The translations under genes were made by a program, and so were the position numbers. From positions 1-52,855 of the forward strand of contig CAZIZK010000001.1 of NCBI GenBank assembly GCA_964544225.1: DNA of 52,855 bases. Reading direction: 5' to 3'. Below, piece after piece: positions 19,765-26,523 of this stretch (its first letter is position 1; each line of letters begins with the position of its first letter). The notes beneath the pieces are model-generated. The model searched no databases, had not been told where the DNA came from, and saw nothing but the letters and a program-made list of their open reading frames with translations. This DNA comes from an uncultured Candidatus Saccharibacteria bacterium (lineage in GTDB: Bacteria > Patescibacteriota > Minisyncoccia > Phycocordibacterales > UBA9973).

Positions 19765-20631
19765 ATCAATAAAAACATCAAGCTTGCCATCATTTAGCAC
19801 AGAGTCAATATCATGCACCTCTACCCCTGTACGCAAATCCTTGATTAATTTATATGGGTGTAGTATATAATTGCGTATTTGATTGCCCCATTCTATATCG
19901 GTAGTCTTTGCTATCGATAGTCCGGCGGCGATCTTTGCATTATCCTCTTGCAACTTCTTGTACAATTTACCCTTTAGCATATTCATAGCCTTGTCCCTAT
20001 TCTGCTCTTGCGAACGCTCGGTAGCACAAGAAGTGGATATGTTGGTAGGTATGTGGACTATACGAACTGCGGTCTCCCTCTTGTTTACATTCTGGCCACC
20101 TGGGCCACCAGCCTTACTAAACTCAATACGTATATCATCGGGGTTGATATCCACAGGGGCATCGTGCTCAAATACTGGCACCACTTCAACGAGTGAGAAG
20201 CTGGTGCTACGCTTTGCCTTGGCATTAAATGGTGACAGTCGCACGAGGCGGTGCACACCACTCTCGTTCTTCAACATTCCATACGCACCCTTCCCTTTTA
20301 CCTCTACAGATATATTGCGGTATCCACCGTGGTCGTTTACATTCTCGTGCAACAAAGTCACACCGTAACCTTGGCGTTCGAAATATTTATAATACATACG
20401 CAAAAGCATAGCGGAAAAATCCTCGGCATCATCCCCACCTGCACCAGAAAGTATTGATAGTACTGCATTACCCTTGTCGTACTTTGCCTCGCCCAAAAGT
20501 GCGTCTTTGAATTCAGCAATAGTCTTGATCACACTTTGCGCATGAACTTTGTCATTCCAGAAATTTGGGTCCCCCATTTCCGCCTCAAGCTGTTCTATTT
20601 CTTTTTGTATTTCTTCCTTACTCTGTGACAT
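19741..20631 (-). CDS. prfB: peptide chain release factor 2, shortened N-terminal domain, no frameshift
   Basis: ESGVHRLVRLSPF (RF2 SPF tripeptide), GGPGGQNVNK, RSQEQN and WGNQIRNY. Confidence 0.93.
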   Translation of the reverse strand: MSQSKEEIQKEIEQLEAEMGDPNFWNDKVHAQSVIKTIAEFKDALLGEAKYDKGNAVLSILSGAGGDDAEDFSAMLLRMYYKYFERQGYGVTLLHENVNDHGGYRNISVEVKGKGAYGMLKNESGVHRLVRLSPFNAKAKRSTSFSLVEVVPVFEHDAPVDINPDDIRIEFSKAGGPGGQNVNKRETAVRIVHIPTNISTSCATERSQEQNRDKAMNMLKGKLYKKLQEDNAKIAAGLSIAKTTDIEWGNQIRNYILHPYKLIKDLRTGVEVHDIDSVLNDGKLDVFIDPVRERPH

Positions 20632-20743
20632 GGGTGTATTATAGCAAAATTATGTAAAATTTTTATGTTTGAAAAATAGGCCAATTATAGTATTATAGGC
20701 TAATCATATTGCCGTAATAGCTTTTTGGTAAAAAATATAATTA

Positions 20744-20818
20744 GCCGTCATAGCTTAGTGGTAAAGCACTGTCTTGGTAAGACAGAGACCGTGAGTCCGA
20801 TTCTCACTGACGGCTCCA
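20744..20818 (+). tRNA. tRNA-Thr(GGT)
   Basis: GCCGTCA/TGACGGC acceptor stem, CTGTC-TTGGTAA-GACAG anticodon arm, encoded CCA. T-loop is TCCGATT. Confidence 0.95.
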
Positions 20819-20823
20819 AAACT

Positions 20824-20864
20824 AAAATCCCCAGCAAGCGCCTTAGGCGCTTGCTGGGGATTTT
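20824..20864. terminator. bidirectional terminator, 20-bp perfect arms, 1-nt loop
   Basis: AAAATCCCCAGCAAGCGCCT-T-AGGCGCTTGCTGGGGATTTT. Confidence 0.85.
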
Positions 20865-20877
20865 CTTTCTTCAAGTA

Positions 20878-22215
20878 TTAAACGAATGTTAGGGCTTGGC
20901 CTGTACGATTACCGCGACCTGTTCGGCCTATGCGGTGAATGTATGTATCGTATGTAGATGGCACATCGTAGTTTATAACATGAGTGATATCTGGGATATC
21001 AATACCACGGGCCGCTACGTCTGTGGCTATCACTATCTGGGCTTGGCCTAATGCTAGTGACTTTACAGCACGCTCGCGTTCACGATTGCGCATATCACCA
21101 TGAAGTGCCAATGCTTTGAATCCGCGACCTTGCAACTCTTTTGCAAGTTCATCTACAGAGCGCTTCATCTCGCGGAAGATAAGTACCTTTGAACAATTTG
21201 GGTCGATAAGGATATTGTGTAGAGCTTCGAGCTTCATCTTGTAATCACCACGTACACGCACAACGTCTTGTGAGACACTGCTTGCTGTATCGCGAGTCTT
21301 TACTGAAACTGTAACAGGGTTGTTTAGGAATTCACTGCATAGTCGTGTGATCTCCGGTGAGATAGTTGCAGAGAAGAAGAAGCTTTGGCGTTCCTTTGGC
21401 ATAAGGCCTAGGATATAACGCATATCATCTACGAATCCCATATCCAACATGCGGTCAGCTTCGTCGAGCACTATGCTGTGGAAATTTGTAAGTACAAGAG
21501 AACGACGCGCAATGAGGTCCTTTACACGGCCTGGTGTACCAATAACTACATGTACTCCACGACGCAATTCATTCATCTGGCGCATTATAGGTGCACCACC
21601 TACGCAAGACACACTCCATAGCCCCATACCAGCTGTAAACAATTTAAATTCTTGTTCTATCTGCTGGGCAAGCTCGCGAGTAGGAGCAAGTATCAATACT
21701 TTTTTACTTGGATCGGCTACTAATTTATTTATCAATGGTAGTAGGAATGCTGCTGTCTTACCAGTACCTGTACTTGCTATACCTATAACGTCCTGCCCTT
21801 TCATACCCACTGGGATAGATTGGTCCTGGATTGGTGAAGGAGTAATGAACTCTTTCTTTGCAAGGTTTGCAAGAAGCTTTGGGTGCAAGTTGAAGTCTGA
21901 GAATGTATGCTTTGATACATAAGCGACTTCAGTAGTGTTAGTAGCTTTGTTGATAAAAAGGTTCTCATTTATAAAGTCCTTCTTAGAACCACGCTTGCCC
22001 CTGTTACCACCACCTGAGCGACCGCCACCATTTGAACGGCCACCTCTACTGCCTCCACCACTAAATCCGCCTCCACCTGATGGACGTGATGAAAAAGATC
22101 GAGATCCCCCGCCTGAGCGTGAACCTCCACTTCTAAACGAACTATTTGAACCACCATTTGAACTGTGGTTACTTGATTTACTACGCGCACTTGGTGCACG
22201 ACGTGTTGTATTCAT
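20878..22215 (-). CDS. DEAD-box RNA helicase with Gly/Ser/Arg-rich N-terminal extension
   Basis: PSPIQ, ASTGTGKT, PTRELAQQ, TPGR, DEAD, SAT, ARGID and HRIGRTGR. Start MNTTRR at 22215. Confidence 0.95.
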   Translation of the reverse strand: MNTTRRAPSARSKSSNHSSNGGSNSSFRSGGSRSGGGSRSFSSRPSGGGGFSGGGSRGGRSNGGGRSGGGNRGKRGSKKDFINENLFINKATNTTEVAYVSKHTFSDFNLHPKLLANLAKKEFITPSPIQDQSIPVGMKGQDVIGIASTGTGKTAAFLLPLINKLVADPSKKVLILAPTRELAQQIEQEFKLFTAGMGLWSVSCVGGAPIMRQMNELRRGVHVVIGTPGRVKDLIARRSLVLTNFHSIVLDEADRMLDMGFVDDMRYILGLMPKERQSFFFSATISPEITRLCSEFLNNPVTVSVKTRDTASSVSQDVVRVRGDYKMKLEALHNILIDPNCSKVLIFREMKRSVDELAKELQGRGFKALALHGDMRNRERERAVKSLALGQAQIVIATDVAARGIDIPDITHVINYDVPSTYDTYIHRIGRTGRGNRTGQALTFV

Positions 22216-22296
22216 AATGTTGTATTTTGTACTACGCGGGTCATCCCGTGCAGAAATACACAATGACATACATAGAAATTATTTTATTACCCTAAT

Positions 22297-22325
22297 ATAC
22301 TAATATATTTAAAGTAAAATGTCAA
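22297..22325 (-). promoter_or_regulatory. DEAD-box helicase promoter TTGACA-17-TAGTAT
   Basis: Consensus -35 (22320-22325) and -10 (22297-22302), giving a ~75-nt 5' UTR with a small GC hairpin at 22235-22250. Confidence 0.7.
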
Positions 22326-22354
22326 CCCCAACACTCATACATGAGTGTTGGGGT
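22325..22354. terminator. 14-bp inverted repeat after the methyltransferase gene
   Basis: ACCCCAACACTCAT-AC-ATGAGTGTTGGGGT. Confidence 0.6.
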
Positions 22355-22360
22355 GTACCC

Positions 22361-23107
22361 CTACCACCTTTTCTCTAGATATACTGTTATAGAACGGCGT
22401 TTAAAAGCCTTGCCTTTGGATATGTGTTTATGCGACTTTTCTATCTTGTGGATGTCGAAATGTGCACCGTATACCCTCTTTAATTCGGCCTCACTGTACA
22501 CATGTTCGTATACGCCCATCTCGGGGTGGATATATGCGCCCTCTTCATCGGCTGGGTTGTCACGCAGAAGCCTCTTTACATGCAAGTCTTCATCGGCGAG
22601 AAATGTCTTGAAGAAAAGGAACCCTCCAGGCTTTAAAACTCGCAATATTTCACTTATCATTACCTCCCTCTCCTTCTCTTTTAAAAAGTGTGATGTCATC
22701 ATGTCTAGTACTAAATCGCAAGATTCATCGGGAATGTTTGGAAATGTGCCCGCAATAGTTCGAGCCTCGTAAGTCAGCTTTGCACCGCTACTGTTTGTAC
22801 GAGCTTGAGTTATAGCATGCTCTGAAATATCGTACCCTACACCTGACATATTGAAAACTTCAGCAAGGTATATAAGGTTGCGCCCATTACCACAACCCAG
22901 ATCCAATACGTGACTCCATCGATCCAGATTCAATGCTTCATGTTTACGCCTCTCATTCCAGCGTAGAAATTTCTGCAAGTCTCCTGATGGCTCAAGTGAC
23001 ATACGCAAATGCTGTGGGTCATCGTACTCCTTGTCCCAAAAGGCTTTGCCTTTTGACTTTATACTTGTACGGGTATTTGGCTTTTTGTTATTAGTCCTTT
23101 CTCGCAT
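22361..23107 (-). CDS. class I SAM-dependent methyltransferase
   Basis: VLDLGCGNGRN, GYDISEHAI, DLVLD and LRVLKPGG. Confidence 0.9.
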   Translation of the reverse strand: MRERTNNKKPNTRTSIKSKGKAFWDKEYDDPQHLRMSLEPSGDLQKFLRWNERRKHEALNLDRWSHVLDLGCGNGRNLIYLAEVFNMSGVGYDISEHAITQARTNSSGAKLTYEARTIAGTFPNIPDESCDLVLDMMTSHFLKEKEREVMISEILRVLKPGGFLFFKTFLADEDLHVKRLLRDNPADEEGAYIHPEMGVYEHVYSEAELKRVYGAHFDIHKIEKSHKHISKGKAFKRRSITVYLEKRW

Positions 23108-23122
23108 ACGACTACTATAACA

Positions 23123-23157
23123 GAAAAGCCCCTTTAAATGAAATAAAGGGGCTTTTC
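23123..23157. terminator. intrinsic terminator
   Basis: GAAAAGCCCCTTTA-7nt-TAAAGGGGCTTTTC. Confidence 0.75.
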
Positions 23158-23170
23158 ATAATAAATATTT

Positions 23171-23494
23171 TTAACACATTGCCTTGTCTGGGCATGGACC
23201 CGGGGCAAAGCCACTTGATCCATCTGGGATCAATACATCGCCAGATTTCAAACCATCAGGACCAACAGAGCCATCTTTTGTACCTGTAGTGTATTTACCA
23301 GTGGTATCAGTACCTAAATCAGATTTATTGTCTATGATTTTAGTATCTGTATTTGTATTGCTAATAGTTTGAACTGTTGTATTTTGAGTATTGTTCAAAA
23401 TTCTGAGAGCTTCCTCATCGCGCCTTACCTTTATATTGAATGCTATTATCCAAACAACAAACAATACGAATATAATTAGTATAATCTTCTTCAT
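23171..23494 (-). CDS. hypothetical protein with N-terminal TM/signal anchor, T/N-rich linker and C-terminal CPDKAMC
   Basis: MKK plus a hydrophobic stretch, in an isolated ORF with its own terminator. No family recognised. Confidence 0.7.
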   Translation of the reverse strand: MKKIILIIFVLFVVWIIAFNIKVRRDEEALRILNNTQNTTVQTISNTNTDTKIIDNKSDLGTDTTGKYTTGTKDGSVGPDGLKSGDVLIPDGSSGFAPGPCPDKAMC

Positions 23495-23570
23495 TTTATT
23501 TTATATATTTAATAATGTTAATATCCTATTAACCTACAATATATAAGACGGGTGGGTGTATGAAAAATTA

Positions 23571-23611
23571 CAATATAAAAATCACCGATTAAATCGGTGA
23601 TTTTTATATTG
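23571..23611. terminator. terminator after tRNA cluster, 20-bp perfect arms, 1-nt loop
   Basis: CAATATAAAAATCACCGATT-A-AATCGGTGATTTTTATATTG, directly abutting the tRNA-Asp 3' end. Confidence 0.85.
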
Positions 23612-23685
23612 CGCAGTCGACGGGACTCGAACCCGCAACCTCCCACGTGACAGGCGGGTGCTCTAACCAGTTGAGCTACGACTGC
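23612..23685 (-). tRNA. tRNA-Asp(GTC)
   Basis: GCAGTCG/CGACTGC acceptor stem, CCCGC-CTGTCAC-GTGGG anticodon arm, G73. Confidence 0.96.
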
Positions 23686-23710
23686 AATTATATGTCTGCA
23701 AAATGCAGGG

Positions 23711-23784
23711 TGTCGGCGGGGGGAATTGAACCTCCGACCTTGGGCTTATGAGTCCCACGCTCTAACCAACTGAGCTACGCCGAC
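23711..23784 (-). tRNA. tRNA(CAT), elongator Met or Ile2
   Basis: GTCGGCG/CGCCGAC acceptor stem (paired 1:72), TGGGA-CTCATAA-GCCCA anticodon arm. A31:G39 and A51:C63 mismatches. Met versus Ile2 is not resolvable by eye. Confidence 0.9.
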
Positions 23785-23832
23785 ATATTTTCGAATAGTG
23801 ATATGTTTTGAAACCTGTCACATTTCGAATTG

Positions 23833-23903
23833 TTGCGGGGCTGGGAATCGAACCCAGGTCTCAAGGTTATGAGCCTTGCGAGATACCTCTTCTCTACCCC
23901 GCT
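23833..23903 (-). tRNA. initiator tRNA-fMet(CAT)
   Basis: AGCGGGG/CCCCGCA with unpaired 1:72, A11:U24, and CAAGG-CTCATAA-CCTTG anticodon arm. Confidence 0.9.
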
Positions 23904-23972
23904 ATATTATTGTATTGCAAAATAAATTAGAGTGGCTCATAACCTTGGTTATTCGCGCTATATGTCCTTTCG

Positions 23973-23998
23973 GAGATACCTCTTCTCTACCCCGCTAT
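23973..23998 (-). repeat. exact 26-bp copy of the tRNA-fMet 5' end
   Basis: GAGATACCTCTTCTCTACCCCGCTAT occurs at 23880-23905 and 23973-23998. Confidence 0.95.
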
Positions 23999-24070
23999 TT
24001 ATTAAAAGAGTCAATAAAACGCTCTTTTACGAGCATTTAATGATTATACCTAAAATCTAGATTTTTGCAA

Positions 24071-24748
24071 TTATATTGCCTTGAATTCGTCAAAGACTGT
24101 TTCGTATAGGCGTATTGTACGGCGAGCTTCGATCTGCGTTAGGGAGAATTCTGAACCAGCATGGGCTATGCCATTGCGTATATTATGAGCCTCCCAGGCA
24201 TTGTCTATACTTGCAAAAGAGTTGTCCCGAGCCCCCTTTAGCCTATCACCCAGGCTCTCCCCTTCATAACCACGCTCTTGCAATAACTCATCGAGCATAC
24301 TGTCGGCTTCGAGTATTGCAATACGCCAATCATTTGGTGAATCGCTACCTATGAGGCCCAATATATATTTCCATCGTGGGTTCACCTTTGCCTCCTCTTC
24401 AGCATCACGAGCCATGGCAAGTTTGATTTCGTGATCTATCTCCTCCTTCTCATGATTCTGGATTTCACGCATACGCACAAGTGAAAATATAATAATGGCA
24501 ATAAGAAATATAGAAATGATCGCAGAAACATTACCCACTACAACCCAAGTATGTGGATTACCAATACCAGATATTACAGGACCCACACCGTCAGCTATCT
24601 TTCCGAAAATGTATTCGATATTTAAAAATTGTGGATCAAAGAGTGCTGTCGCACCAAAAACAATAGTGGCTAGTATTACTAAGCCCCCTATTATCCAAAT
24701 ACCTGCGTCAGAGGAAGGTGGATGTTCATCATGCTTTGGTCCTGCCAT
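24071..24748 (-). CDS. hypothetical membrane protein (2 TM plus helical cytoplasmic domain)
   Basis: WRIAILEADSMLDELL..RGYEGESLGDRL...AWEAH.IRN.IAH pattern. Function unknown. Confidence 0.75.
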   Translation of the reverse strand: MAGPKHDEHPPSSDAGIWIIGGLVILATIVFGATALFDPQFLNIEYIFGKIADGVGPVISGIGNPHTWVVVGNVSAIISIFLIAIIIFSLVRMREIQNHEKEEIDHEIKLAMARDAEEEAKVNPRWKYILGLIGSDSPNDWRIAILEADSMLDELLQERGYEGESLGDRLKGARDNSFASIDNAWEAHNIRNGIAHAGSEFSLTQIEARRTIRLYETVFDEFKAI

Positions 24749-24760
24749 ATTTATATTATA

Positions 24761-26179
24761 CTATTTCTCAAAGTCTTTTCCAATTTTGAAAAGTGTTTTT
24801 TCGGAAAAAAGTGGTGCCATAATATGCAACCCTAGTGGCAAGCCATCATTGGTATACCCTGAAGGAACAGATATAGCTGGGATATCTGCAATGTTGGCTG
24901 GTGCAAGAAACAAATCGGATAAATACATAGACACAGGGTCCTTCGACTTTGCACCAAATTTAAATGGTGGAAATGGTGATGTGGGTGTAATAATAGCATC
25001 CACATCTTTGAAGACTTCGTTCAATTCATTTTTAATAGAGTCGCGAAGTTTACAAGCATTACCATAGTATGAGTCATAGTGCCCATGTGAAAGTATGTAG
25101 GTACCAAGTATGATACGGCGCTTGATCTCCTTACCTAAACCTTTGCCACGACTCTTCTTATACACATCCAGAAGGTTGGCACCGTCTTCATGATGGCCGT
25201 ATCGTATACCATCATAACGCGCCAAGTTCGAAGATACTTCAGATGGTTGCACAATATAATAAACAGCCAAAGAATATTTAGACAATGGTATTGAAATGTC
25301 TACCAATTCATATCCAGCATTTTTCAATTTATCACACGCTTGGTTAAAATTATCTATAACTTCAGGTGTGATACCCTCGCCTGTTAGAAAGTCACGTGGC
25401 ACACCGATCCTATTCTTTATATTTTTATTTTCCAATCTATCTCGTATTTCTATATCTACAGATGTATTATCCATATGGTCATGCGAGTTAGTAGCATTAA
25501 AAAGTATTTCTACATCTCCTACAGTCTTGCCTATTGGACCCACTTGGTCAAAGGAGCTAGCCATTGATATGATACCTCGGCGTGACACAGCACCATATGT
25601 TGGTTTAAGTCCTACTAGGTTACAAAATGATGCTGGTTGACGTATGGATCCACCAGTGTCAGTTCCGAGTGATACAAGTGCACCATCCATAGCTACAGCT
25701 GCCGCAGGACCCCCTGATGAACCACCCGGAACATAATCTGTATTTATAGGGTTCAATGTTGCACCAAAGGCACTTGTCTCATTCGAACTACCTGCAGCGA
25801 ACTCATCCATATTAGTACGGCCCATAAGTATTGCCCCCACCTTCTTCAGCTCACTTACTACATGAGCGTCATATGTGGCATGATAATTCTCCAACATTTT
25901 CGATGAAGCAGATGCGACGTATCCAGTATTTAGCATGTTATCTTTTAATGCGACAGGTATGCCAGTCATTAAAGTTGCAGTTCCATTAGTAAACATATCT
26001 TGTGCAACCTGTGCTTGGTTTTCCAAATCTGGATACACTTCCAAATACGCATTGATATCTGTATTTTTAGCATTGATATTTTCCAGATACACATTTACAA
26101 GATCAATAACTTTGTATTCACCATTTTTTAATGACTCGTGGGCTTTTTCAATATTTAGTTCTTTTAGATTTATTTGCAT
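24761..26179 (-). CDS. gatA: Asp/Glu-tRNA amidotransferase subunit A
   Basis: GIPVALKDN, GRTNMDEFA, PGGSSGG, GTDTGGSIRQPAS, RYDG and EIKRRIILG. Confidence 0.96.
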   Translation of the reverse strand: MQINLKELNIEKAHESLKNGEYKVIDLVNVYLENINAKNTDINAYLEVYPDLENQAQVAQDMFTNGTATLMTGIPVALKDNMLNTGYVASASSKMLENYHATYDAHVVSELKKVGAILMGRTNMDEFAAGSSNETSAFGATLNPINTDYVPGGSSGGPAAAVAMDGALVSLGTDTGGSIRQPASFCNLVGLKPTYGAVSRRGIISMASSFDQVGPIGKTVGDVEILFNATNSHDHMDNTSVDIEIRDRLENKNIKNRIGVPRDFLTGEGITPEVIDNFNQACDKLKNAGYELVDISIPLSKYSLAVYYIVQPSEVSSNLARYDGIRYGHHEDGANLLDVYKKSRGKGLGKEIKRRIILGTYILSHGHYDSYYGNACKLRDSIKNELNEVFKDVDAIITPTSPFPPFKFGAKSKDPVSMYLSDLFLAPANIADIPAISVPSGYTNDGLPLGLHIMAPLFSEKTLFKIGKDFEK

Positions 26180-26226
26180 TTTATTACTTTATACTTACTA
26201 CATACTACATACTACTTTCTACTTAA

Positions 26227-26505
26227 TTAAAGTATTTGTTTAACTTTCAAATAACCATCTTTTCTATCTGGCATTTCGGCAACAATCCTGTCTGTATATT
26301 CTCCTTCTTTATTTGTGACAATATCTTCACGAACCACATTAGTCTGCACATATTCTGTATCGTGTGCCAGATTTGAAGTCGCCTCTTTTATATGATCCAC
26401 GTACGCAATAATAGGGTCGAATTCGTTCGCCAAATTCGCCATTTCCTCCTCTGTCATATCCAGCCTTGCTAGTTCTGCAAGCTTCTTTATATCGTCTATT
26501 TGCAT
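26227..26505 (-). CDS. gatC: Asp/Glu-tRNA amidotransferase subunit C
   Basis: IKKLAELARL, NVVRED and GYLKV, upstream of gatA. Confidence 0.92.
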   Translation of the reverse strand: MQIDDIKKLAELARLDMTEEEMANLANEFDPIIAYVDHIKEATSNLAHDTEYVQTNVVREDIVTNKEGEYTDRIVAEMPDRKDGYLKVKQIL

Positions 26506-26523
26506 AATGCTAGAATAGCATAT

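Noticed and set aside
20632-20710. Missing upstream prfB exon joined by a +1 frameshift
   Set aside because: There is no CTT-TGA slippery site or upstream ORF, and a TGCTATAAT box sits 6 nt before the ATG.
23711-23784. tRNA(CAT) as a pseudogene because of A31:G39 and A51:C63 mismatches
   Set aside because: All other conserved elements are intact and single stem mismatches are tolerated, so it was kept as a functional tRNA.
24761-26505. gatC-gatA without gatB
   Set aside because: Split gat operons are common, and gatB is probably elsewhere in the genome.
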